Positions 1 through 13,298 of a DNA stretch of 64,000 bases are shown one piece after another. This DNA is from Eledone cirrhosa. Lineage: Eukaryota. The stretch is from assembly GCA_964016885.1 (NCBI GenBank), contig OZ024754.1:21514001-21578000 (forward strand), written 5' to 3'. The number at the start of each line of letters is the position of its first letter. The first letter of the stretch is position 1. The notes below the pieces were generated by a model that worked only from the letters and a program-made list of their open reading frames with translations, had not been told where the DNA came from and made no database searches. Both the position numbers and the translations under genes were made by a program.

Positions 1-3000
1 ATTAACTCCAGTTTTAATAAATTGTCTAGATGTTAAGTATATACTATATTAACTACAGTTTTAATAAATTGTCTAGATGTTAAGTATATACTATATTAAC
101 TAGTTTTAATAAATTGTCTAGATGTTAAGTATATACTATATTAACTGCAGTTTTAATAAATTGTCTAGATGTTAAGTATATACTATATTAACTAGTTTTA
201 ATAAATCGTCTAGATATTAAGTATATACTATATTAACTACAGTTTTAATAAATTGTCTAGATGTTAAGTATATACTATATTAACTACAGTTTTAATAAAT
301 TGTCTAGATGTTAAGTATATACTATATTAACTACAGTTTTAATAAATTATCTAGATGTTAAGTATATACTATATTAACTAGTTTTAATAAATTGTCTAGA
401 TGTTAAGTATATACTATATTAACTAGTTTTAATAAATTGTCTAGATATTAAGTATATACTATATTAACTACAGTTTTAATAAATTGTCTAGATGTTAAGT
501 ATATACTATATTAACTACAGTTTTAATAAATTGTCTAGATGTTAAGTATATACTATATTAACTAGTTTTAATAAATTGTCTAGATGTTAAGTATATACTA
601 TATTAACTACGGTTTTAATAGATTGTCTAGATGTTAAATATATACTATATTAACTACAGTTTTAATAAATTGCCTAAATGTTAGGTATATACTATATTAA
701 CTACAGTTTAAATAAATTGTCTAGATGTTAAGTATATACTATATTAACTACAGTTTTAATAAATTGTCTAGATGTTAAGTATATACTATATTAACTACAG
801 TTTTAATAAATTGTCTAGATGTTAAGTATATACTATATTAACTACAGTTTTAATAAATTGTCTAGATGTTCAGTATATACTATATTAACTACAGTTTTAA
901 TAAATTGTCTAGATGTTAAGTATATACTATATTAACTACAGTTTTAATAAATTGTCTAGATGTTAAGTATATACTATATTAACTAGTTTTAATAAATTGT
1001 CTAGATGTTAAGTATATAGTCTATTAACCACTGTTTTAATAAATTGTCTAGATGTTAAGTATATACTATATTAACTAGTTTTAATAAATTGTCTAGATGT
1101 TAAGTATATACTATATTAACTAGTTTTAATAAATTGTCTAGATGTTCAGTATATACTATATTAACTAGTTTTAATAAATTGTCTAGATGTTAAGTATATA
1201 CTATATTAACTACAGTTTTAATAAATTGTCTAAATGTTAAGTATATACTATATAAACTACAGTTTAAATAAATTGTCTAGATGTTAAATATATACTATAT
1301 TAACTACAGTTTTAATAAATTGTCTAGATGTTAAGTATATACTCTATTAACCACAGTTTTAATAAATTGTCTAGATGTTATGTATATACTATATTAACTA
1401 CAGTTTAAATAAATTGTCTAGATGTTAAGTATGTACTATATTAACTACAGTTTTAATAAATTATCTAGATGTTAAGTATATACTATATTAACTACAGTTT
1501 TAATAAATTGTCTAGATGTTAAGTATATACTATATTAACTACAGTTTTAATAAATTGTCTAAATGTTAAGTATATACTATATTAACTACAGTTTAAATAA
1601 ATTGTCTAGATGTTAAGTATATACTATATTAATTACAGTTTTAATAAATTGTCTAGATGTTAAGTATATACTATATTAACTCCAGTTTTAATAAATTGTC
1701 TAGATGTTAAGTATATACTATATTAACTACAGTTTTAATAAATGGTCTAGATGTTAAGTATATACTATATTAACTACAGTTTTAATAAATTGTCTAGATG
1801 TTAAGTATATACTATATTAACTAGTTTTAATAAATTGTTTAGATTTTAAGTATATACTATATTAACTACAGTTTTAATAAATTGTCTAGATGTTAAGTAT
1901 ATACTATATTAACTAGTTTTAATGAATTGTCTAGATATTAAGTATATACTATATTAACTACAGTTTTAATAAATTGTCTAGATGTTAAGTATATACTATA
2001 TTAACTACAGTTTTAATAAATTGTCTAGATGTTAAGTATATACTATATTAACTACAGTTTTAATAAATTGTCTAGATGTTAAGTATATACTATATTAACT
2101 AGTTTTAATAAATTGTCTAGATGTTAAGTATATACTATATTAACTACAGTTTTAATAAATTGTTTAAATGTTAAGTATATACTATATTAACTACAGTTTA
2201 AATAAATTGTCTAGATGTTAAGTATATACTATATTAACTACAGTTTTAATAAATTGTCTAGATGTTAAGTATATACTATATTAACTCCAGTTTTAATAAA
2301 TTGTCTAGATGTTAAGTATATACTATATTAACTACAGTTTTAATAAATTGTCTAGATGTTAAGTATATACTATATTAACTAGTTTTAATAAATTGTCTAG
2401 ATGTTAAGTATATACTATATTAACTGCAGTTTTAATAAATTGTCTAGATGTTAAGTATATACTATATTAACTAGTTTTAATAAATCGTCTAGATATTAAG
2501 TATATACTATATTAACTACAGTTTTAATAAATTGTCTAGATGTTAAGTATATACTATATTAACTACAGTTTTAATAAATTGTCTAGATGTTAAGTATATA
2601 CTATATTAACTACAGTTTTAATAAATTGCCTAAATGTTAGGTATATACTATATTAACTACAGTTTAAATAAATTGTCTAGATGTTAAGTATATACTATAT
2701 TAACTACAGTTTTAATAAATTGTCTAGATGTTAAGTATATACTATATTAACTACAGTTTTAATAAATTGTCTAGATGTTAAGTATATACTATATTAACTA
2801 CAGTTTTAATAAATTGTCTATATGTTCAGTATATACTATATTAACTACAGTTTTAATAAATTGTCTAGATGTTAAGTATATACTATATTAACTACAGTTT
2901 TAATAAATTGTCTAGATGTTAAGTATATACTATATTAACTAGTTTTAATAAATTGTCTAGATGTTAAGTATATAGTCTATTAACCACTGTTTTAATAAAT

Positions 3001-6000
3001 TGTCTAGATGTTAAGTATATACTATATTAACTAGTTTTAATAAATTGTCTAGATGTTCAGTATATACTATATTAACTAGTTTTAATAAATTGTCTAGATG
3101 TTAAGTATATACTATATTAACTACAGTTTTAATAAATTGTCTAAATGTTAAGTATATACTATATAAACTACAGTTTAAATAAATTGTCTAGATGTTAAAT
3201 ATATACTATATTAACTACAGTTTTAATAAATTGTCTAGATGTTAAGTATATACTCTATTAACCACAGTTTTAATAAATTGTCTAGATGTTAAGTATATAC
3301 TATATTAACTACAGTTTAAATAAATTGTCTAGATGTTAAGTATGTACTATATTAACTACAGTTTTAATAAATTATCTAGATGTTAAGTATATACTATATT
3401 AACTACAGTTTTAATAAATTGTCTAGATGTTAAGTATATACTATATTAACTACAGTTTTAATAAATTGTCTAAATGTTAAGTATATACTATATTAACTAC
3501 AGTTTAAATAAATTGTCTAGATGTTAAGTATATACTATATTAATTACAGTTTTAATAAATTGTCTAGATGTTAAGTATATACTATATTAACTCCAGTTTT
3601 AATAAATTGTCTAGATGTTAAGTATATACTATATTAACTACAGTTTTAATAAATTGTCTAGATGTTAAGTATATACTATATTAACTACAGTTTTAATAAA
3701 TTGTCTAGATGTTAAGTATATACTATATTAACTAGTTTTAATAAATTGTTTAGATGTTAAGTATATACTATATTAACTACAGTTTTAATAAATTGTCTAG
3801 ATGTTAAGTATATACTATATTAACTAGTTTTAATGAATTGTCTAGATATTAAGTATATACTATATTAACTACAGTTTTAATAAATTGTCTAGATGTTAAG
3901 TATATACTATATTAACTACAGTTTTAATAAATTGTCTAGATGTTAAGTATATACTATATTAACTACAGTTTTAATAAATTGTCTAGATGTTAAGTATATA
4001 CTATATTAACTAGTTTTAATAAATTGTCTAGATGTTAAGTATATACTATATTAACTTCAGTATATACTATATTATATACTATACTATATTATATACTATA
4101 CTATACTATATACTTAAGTATATACTATATTAACTAGTTTTAATAAATTGTCTAGATGTTAAGTATATACTATATTAACTCCAGTTTTATAAGTATATAC
4201 TATATTAACTACAGTTTTAATAAATTGTCTAGATGTTAAGTATATACTATATTAACTAGTTTTAATAAATTGTCTAGATGTTACGTATATACTATATTAA
4301 CTACAGTTTTAATAAATTGTCTAGATGTTAAGTTTATACTATATTAACTACAGTTTTAATAAATTGTCTAAATGTTAAGTATATACTATATTAACTACAG
4401 TTTTAATCAATTGTCTAGATGTTAAGTATATACTATATTAACTACAGTTTTAATAAATTGTCTAGATGTTAAGTATATACTATATTAACTACAGTTTTAT
4501 AAGTATAAACTATATTAACTACAGTTTTAATAAATTGTCTAGATGTTAAGTATATACTATATTAACTACAATTTTAATAAATTGTCTAGATGTTAAGTTT
4601 ATACTATATTAACTCCAGTTTTAATAAATTGTCTAGATGTTAAGTATATACTATATTAACTACAGTTTTAATAAATTGTCTAGATGTTAAGTATATACTA
4701 TATTAACTACAGTTTTAATAAATTGTCTCGATGTTAAGTATATACTATATTAACTAGTTTTAATAAATTGTCTAGATGTTAAGTATATACTATAGTAACT
4801 ACAGTTTTAATAAATTGTCTAGATGTTAAGTATATACTATATTAACTACAGTTTTAATAAATTGTCTAGATGTTAAGTATATACTATATTAACTAGTTTT
4901 AATAAATCGTCTAGATATTAAGTATATACTATATTAACTACAGTTTTAATCAATTGTCTAGATGTTAAGTATATACTATATTAACTACAGTTTTAATAAA
5001 TTGTCTAGATGTTAAGTATATACTATATTAACTACAGTTTTAATAAATTGTCTAGATGTTAAGTATATACTATATTAACTCCAGTTTTAATAAATTGTCT
5101 AGATGTTAAGTATATACTATATTAACTAGTTTTAATAAATTGTCTAGATGTTAAGTATATACTATATTAACTACAGTTTAAATAAATTGTCTAGATGTTA
5201 AGTATATACTATATTAACTACAGTTTTAATAAATTGTCTAGATGTTAAGTATATACTATATTAACTACAGTTTTAATAAATTGTCTAGATGTTAAGTATA
5301 TACTATATTAACTACAGTTTTAATAAATTGTTTAAATGTTAAGTATATACTATATTAACTACAGTTTAAATAAATTGTCTAGATGTTAAGTATATACTAT
5401 ATTAACTACAGTTTTAATAAATTGTCTAGATGTTAAGTATATACTATATTAACTCCAGTTTTAATAAATTGTCTAGATGTTAAGTATATACTATATTAAC
5501 TAGTTTTAATAAATTGTCTAGATGTTAAGTATATACTATATTAACTGCAGTTTTAATAAATTGTCTAGATGTTAAGTATATACTATATTAACTAGTTTTA
5601 ATAAATCGTCTAGATATTAAGTATATACTATATTAACTACAGTTTTAATAAATTGTCTAGATGTTAAGTATATACTATATTAACTACAGTTTTAATAAAT
5701 TGTCTAGATGTTAAGTATATACTATATTAACTACAGTTTTAATAAATTATCTAGATGTTAAGTATATACTATATTAACTAGTTTTAATAAATTGTCTAGA
5801 TGTTAAGTATATACTATATTAACTAGTTTTAATAAATTGTCTAGATATTAAGTATATACTATATTAACTACAGTTTTAATAAATTGTCTAGATGTTAAGT
5901 ATATACTATATTAACTAGTTTTAATAAATTGTCTAGATGTTAAGTATATACTATATTAACTACGGTTTTAATAGATTGTCTAGATGTTAAATATATACTA

Positions 6001-9000
6001 TATTAACTACAGTTTTAATAAATTGCCTAAATGTTAGGTATATACTATATTAACTACAGTTTAAATAAATTGTCTAGATGTTAAGTATATACTATATTAA
6101 CTACAGTTTTAATAAATTGTCTAGATGTTAAGTATATACTATATTAACTACAGTTTTAATAAATTGTCTAGATGTTAAGTATATACTATATTAACTACAG
6201 TTTTAATAAATTGTCTAGATGTTCAGTATATACTATATTAACTACAGTTTTAATAAATTGTCTAGATGTTAAGTATATACTATATTAACTACAGTTTTAA
6301 TAAATTGTCTAGATGTTAAGTATATACTATATTAACTAGTTTTAATAAATTGTCTAGATGTTAAGTATATAGTCTATTAACCACTGTTTTAATAAATTGT
6401 CTAGATGTTAAGTATATACTATATTAACTAGTTTTAATAAATTGTCTAGATGTTAAGTATATACTATATTAACTAGTTTTAATAAATTGTCTAGATGTTC
6501 AGTATATACTATATTAACTAGTTTTAATAAATTGTCTAGATGTTAAGTATATACTATATTAACTACAGTTTTAATAAATTGTCTAAATGTTAAGTATATA
6601 CTATATAAACTACAGTTTAAATAAATTGTCTAGATGTTAAATATATACTATATTAACTACAGTTTTAATAAATTGTCTAGATGTTAAGTATATACTCTAT
6701 TAACCACAGTTTTAATAAATTGTCTAGATGTTATGTATATACTATATTAACTACAGTTTAAATAAATTGTCTAGATGTTAAGTATGTACTATATTAACTA
6801 CAGTTTTAATAAATTATCTAGATGTTAAGTATATACTATATTAACTACAGTTTTAATAAATTGTCTAGATGTTAAGTATATACTATATTAACTACAGTTT
6901 TAATAAATTGTCTAAATGTTAAGTATATACTATATTAACTACAGTTTAAATAAATTGTCTAGATGTTAAGTATATACTATATTAATTACAGTTTTAATAA
7001 ATTGTCTAGATGTTAAGTATATACTATATTAACTCCAGTTTTAATAAATTGTCTAGATGTTAAGTATATACTATATTAACTACAGTTTTAATAAATTGTC
7101 TAGATGTTAAGTATATACTATATTAACTACAGTTTTAATAAATTGTCTAGATGTTAAGTATATACTATATTAACTAGTTTTAATAAATTGTTTAGATTTT
7201 AAGTATATACTATATTAACTACAGTTTTAATAAATTGTCTAGATGTTAAGTATATACTATATTAACTAGTTTTAATGAATTGTCTAGATATTAAGTATAT
7301 ACTATATTAACTACAGTTTTAATAAATTGTCTAGATGTTAAGTATATACTATATTAACTACAGTTTTAATAAATTGTCTAGATGTTAAGTATATACTATA
7401 TTAACTACAGTTTTAATAAATTGTCTAGATGTTAAGTATATACTATATTAACTAGTTTTAATAAATTGTCTAGATGTTAAGTATATACTATATTAACTAC
7501 AGTTTTAATAAATTGTTTAAATGTTAAGTATATACTATATTAACTACAGTTTAAATAAATTGTCTAGATGTTAAGTATATACTATATTAACTACAGTTTT
7601 AATAAATTGTCTAGATGTTAAGTATATACTATATTAACTCCAGTTTTAATAAATTGTCTAGATGTTAAGTATATACTATATTAACTACAGTTTTAATAAA
7701 TTGTCTAGATGTTAAGTATATACTATATTAACTAGTTTTAATAAATTGTCTAGATGTTAAGTATATACTATATTAACTGCAGTTTTAATAAATTGTCTAG
7801 ATGTTAAGTATATACTATATTAACTAGTTTTAATAAATCGTCTAGATATTAAGTATATACTATATTAACTACAGTTTTAATAAATTGTCTAGATGTTAAG
7901 TATATACTATATTAACTACAGTTTTAATAAATTGTCTAGATGTTAAGTATATACTATATTAACTACAGTTTTAATAAATTATCTAGATGTTAAGTATATA
8001 CTATATTAACTAGTTTTAATAAATTGTCTAGATGTTAAGTATATACTATATTAACTAGTTTTAATAAATTGTCTAGATATTAAGTATATACTATATTAAC
8101 TACAGTTTTAATAAATTGTCTAGATGTTAAGTATATACTATATTAACTACAGTTTTAATAAATTGTCTAGATGTTAAGTATATACTATATTAACTAGTTT
8201 TAATAAATTGTCTAGATGTTAAGTATATACTATATTAACTACGGTTTTAATAGATTGTCTAGATGTTAAATATATACTATATTAACTACAGTTTTAATAA
8301 ATTGCCTAAATGTTAGGTATATACTATATTAACTACAGTTTAAATAAATTGTCTAGATGTTAAGTATATACTATATTAACTACAGTTTTAATAAATTGTC
8401 TAGATGTTAAGTATATACTATATTAACTACAGTTTTAATAAATTGTCTAGATGTTAAGTATATACTATATTAACTACAGTTTTAATAAATTGTCTAGATG
8501 TTCAGTATATACTATATTAACTACAGTTTTAATAAATTGTCTAGATGTTAAGTATATACTATATTAACTACAGTTTTAATAAATTGTCTAGATGTTAAGT
8601 ATATACTATATTAACTAGTTTTAATAAATTGTCTAGATGTTAAGTATATAGTCTATTAACCACTGTTTTAATAAATTGTCTAGATGTTAAGTATATACTA
8701 TATTAACTAGTTTTAATAAATTGTCTAGATGTTCAGTATATACTATATTAACTAGTTTTAATAAATTGTCTAGATGTTAAGTATATACTATATTAACTAC
8801 AGTTTTAATAAATTGTCTAAATGTTAAGTATATACTATATAAACTACAGTTTAAATAAATTGTCTAGATGTTAAATATATACTATATTAACTACAGTTTT
8901 AATAAATTGTCTAGATGTTAAGTATATACTCTATTAACCACAGTTTTAATAAATTGTCTAGATGTTAAGTATATACTATATTAACTACAGTTTAAATAAA

Positions 9001-12000
9001 TTGTCTAGATGTTAAGTATGTACTATATTAACTACAGTTTTAATAAATTATCTAGATGTTAAGTATATACTATATTAACTACAGTTTTAATAAATTGTCT
9101 AGATGTTAAGTATATACTATATTAACTACAGTTTTAATAAATTGTCTAAATGTTAAGTATATACTATATTAACTACAGTTTAAATAAATTGTCTAGATGT
9201 TAAGTATATACTATATTAATTACAGTTTTAATAAATTGTCTAGATGTTAAGTATATACTATATTAACTCCAGTTTTAATAAATTGTCTAGATGTTAAGTA
9301 TATACTATATTAACTACAGTTTTAATAAATTGTCTAGATGTTAAGTATATACTATATTAACTACAGTTTTAATAAATTGTCTAGATGTTAAGTATATACT
9401 ATATTAACTAGTTTTAATAAATTGTTTAGATGTTAAGTATATACTATATTAACTACAGTTTTAATAAATTGTCTAGATGTTAAGTATATACTATATTAAC
9501 TAGTTTTAATGAATTGTCTAGATATTAAGTATATACTATATTAACTACAGTTTTAATAAATTGTCTAGATGTTAAGTATATACTATATTAACTCCAGTTT
9601 TATAAGTATATACTATATTAACTACAGTTTTAATAAATTGTCTAGATGTTAAGTATATACTATATTAACTAGTTTTAATAAATTGTCTAGATGTTACGTA
9701 TATACTATATTAACTACAGTTTTAATAAATTGTCTAGATGTTAAGTTTATACTATATTAACTACAGTTTTAATAAATTGTCTAAATGTTAAGTATATACT
9801 ATATTAACTACAGTTTTAATCAATTGTCTAGATGTTAAGTATATACTATATTAACTAGTTTTAATAAATTGTTTAGATGTTAAGTATATACTATATTAAC
9901 TACAGTTTTAATAAATTGTCTAGATGTTAAGTATATACTATATTAACTAGTTTTAATGAATTGTCTAGATATTAAGTATATACTATATTAACTACAGTTT
10001 TAATAAATTGTCTAGATGTTAAGTATATACTATATTAACTACAGTTTTAATAAATTGTCTAGATGTTAAGTATATACTATATTAACTACAGTTTTAATAA
10101 ATTGTCTAGATGTTAAGTATATACTATATTAACTAGTTTTAATAAATTGTCTAGATGTTAAGTATATACTATATTAACTTCAGTATATACTATATTATAT
10201 ACTATACTATATTATATACTATACTATACTATATACTTAAGTATATACTATATTAACTAGTTTTAATAAATTGTCTAGATGTTAAGTATATACTATATTA
10301 ACTCCAGTTTTATAAGTATATACTATATTAACTACAGTTTTAATAAATTGTCTAGATGTTAAGTATATACTATATTAACTAGTTTTAATAAATTGTCTAG
10401 ATGTTACGTATATACTATATTAACTACAGTTTTAATAAATTGTCTAGATGTTAAGTTTATACTATATTAACTACAGTTTTAATAAATTGTCTAAATGTTA
10501 AGTATATACTATATTAACTACAGTTTTAATCAATTGTCTAGATGTTAAGTATATACTATATTAACTACAGTTTTAATAAATTGTCTAGATGTTAAGTATA
10601 TACTATATTAACTACAGTTTTATAAGTATAAACTATATTAACTACAGTTTTAATAAATTGTCTAGATGTTAAGTATATACTATATTAACTACAATTTTAA
10701 TAAATTGTCTAGATGTTAAGTTTATACTATATTAACTCCAGTTTTAATAAATTGTCTAGATGTTAAGTATATACTATATTAACTACAGTTTTAATAAATT
10801 GTCTAGATGTTAAGTATATACTATATTAACTACAGTTTTAATAAATTGTCTCGATGTTAAGTATATACTATATTAACTAGTTTTAATAAATTGTCTAGAT
10901 GTTAAGTATATACTATAGTAACTACAGTTTTAATAAATTGTCTAGATGTTAAGTATATACTATATTAACTACAGTTTTAATAAATTGTCTAGATGTTAAG
11001 TATATACTATATTAACTAGTTTTAATAAATCGTCTAGATATTAAGTATATACTATATTAACTACAGTTTTAATCAATTGTCTAGATGTTAAGTATATACT
11101 ATATTAACTACAGTTTTAATAAATTGTCTAGATGTTAAGTATATACTATATTAACTACAGTTTTAATAAATTGTCTAGATGTTAAGTATATACTATATTA
11201 ACTCCAGTTTTAATAAATTGTCTAGATGTTAAGTATATACTATATTAACTAGTTTTAATAAATTGTCTAGATGTTAAGTATATACTATATTAACTAGTTT
11301 TAATAAATTGTCTAGATGTTAAGTATATACTATATTAACTACAGTTTTAATAAATTGTCTAGATGTTAAGTATATACTATATTAACTACAGTTTTAATAA
11401 ATTGTCTAGATGTTAAGTATATACTATATTAACTACAGTTTTAATAAATTGTCTAGATGTTAAGAATATACTATATTAACTTCAGTATATACTATATTAA
11501 CTAGTTTTAATAAATTGTCTAGATGTTAAGTATATACTATATTAACTACAGTTTTAATAAATTATCTAGATGTTAAGTATATACTATATTAACTAGTTTT
11601 AATAAATTGTCTAGATGTTAAGTATATACTATATTAACTAGTTTTAATAAATTGTCTAGATATTAAGTATATACTATATTAACTACAGTTTTAATAAATT
11701 GTCTAGATGTTAAGTATATACTATATTAACTACAGTTTTAATAAATTGTCTAGATGTTAAGTATATACTATATTAACTAGTTTTAATAAATTGTCTAGAT
11801 GTTAAGTATATACTATATTAACTACGGTTTTAATAGATTGTCTAGATGTTAAATATATACTATATTAACTACAGTTTTAATAAATTGCCTAAATGTTAGG
11901 TATATACTATATTAACTACAGTTTAAATAAATTGTCTAGATGTTAAGTATATACTATATTAACTACAGTTTTAATAAATTGTCTAGATGTTAAGTATATA

Positions 12001-12421
12001 CTATATTAACTACAGTTTTAATAAATTGTCTAGATGTTAAGTATATACTATATTAACTACAGTTTTAATAAATTGTCTAGATGTTCAGTATATACTATAT
12101 TAACTACAGTTTTAATAAATTGTCTAGATGTTAAGTATATACTATATTAACTACAGTTTTAATAAATTGTCTAGATGTTAAGTATATACTATATTAACTA
12201 GTTTTAATAAATTGTCTAGATGTTAAGTATATAGTCTATTAACCACTGTTTTAATAAATTGTCTAGATGTTAAGTATATACTATATTAACTAGTTTTAAA
12301 AATTGTCTAGATGTTAAGTATATACTATATTAACTACAGTTTTAATATATTGTCTAGATGTTAAGTATATACTATATTAACTAGTTTTAATAAATTGTCT
12401 AGATGTTAAGTATATACTATA

Positions 12422-13298
12422 CTAGCAGTAAAGCCCGGCGTTGCTCGGGGTCGCTCAGTAGCTGTGTTAAAGTTACAATGTTAAGTTTCTTTCTTGGCTT
12501 AAAAACTGTAGTGTCTACTGTGCAGACTTGCATGTGGTGTTTTTGATTAATATTCCCTCAACCAACAATATGCCTTATGAAGTTAAGAAAACATAACGAT
12601 AACCCGAATGTTATAACAAAAGAGGATGCTGGGGATAGAAACTGCACTGGTTATTTATTAACAAAGATCGAAAATGTAAACACTGCAACGCAGAGAAAAA
12701 CATTAACGTAACCAAATTATCAGTTATGTCTGTCTGCACGCCTATATCACCTCTCTGCACGACTGTCTGTCTGCACGCCTATATCACCTCTCTGCACGAC
12801 TGTCTGTCTGCACGCGTATATCACCTCTCTGCACGACTGTCTGTCTGCACGACTGTCTGTCTGCACGCCTAACGACGAAATATTTGCTTGTTTTACGTAG
12901 TCTTTAAATAGACTTGTTTTCAAGTAAAAATATTGTTTTAAGATGCTTTTAAATGGAAATGAAGCAAAACGGAAGCTTAGTGTTCGAACTGATGAATTTT
13001 GGAGGTCAATATTTTGCTGGCTCGACAACTGTTAAAGCCAGCGTAATTTTTTACGTAAGACGCTCAATGTAAACAGAACAAAGGGAAATAACTGATAACT
13101 TACGCTCAAAAATCGATACATTATATTCGATTTCGTCACATAGGGTGGGTCAATTTGAAATTTTTTTTTCCCGATTTCTTCGCTAGGGCTCAATGTACAA
13201 GTATAGCAATTTCGGTGCAATTCCGTGAGAGATTCTAAGAGGAGATGTGTGCCAAAAATCGATAGACAGACAGACAACCACAGTTTTATATATATAGA
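12422..13298 (-). mobile_element. Non-autonomous Helitron, 877 bp, copy 1
   Basis: The minus strand starts 5'-TCTATATATATAAAACTGTGG and ends ...CCCGAGCAACGCCGGG-CTTTACTG-CTAG-3', giving a GC-rich hairpin 12 nt from the CTAG end. It is inserted between A and T with no target-site duplication. Removing it restores a perfect monomer (TACTATA|TTAACTAG). A (GTCT)n tract lies near the 5' end. There is no Rep/helicase ORF. Confidence 0.9.
12727..12870. repeat. Internal 37-bp tandem repeat of the Helitron (about 3-4 units, built from CTGCACG sub-repeats)
   Basis: GTCTGTCTGCACGCCTATATCACCTCTCTGCACGACT is repeated three times plus partial units. The same repeat is present in the other two copies. Confidence 0.92.

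Noticed and set aside
12747-13277. 93-aa and 81-aa ORFs in the insert, and their copies at 29.5 kb and 45 kb
   Set aside because: No recognisable domain, and partly a translation of the internal 37-bp repeat. Identity between copies reflects recent duplication rather than selection.
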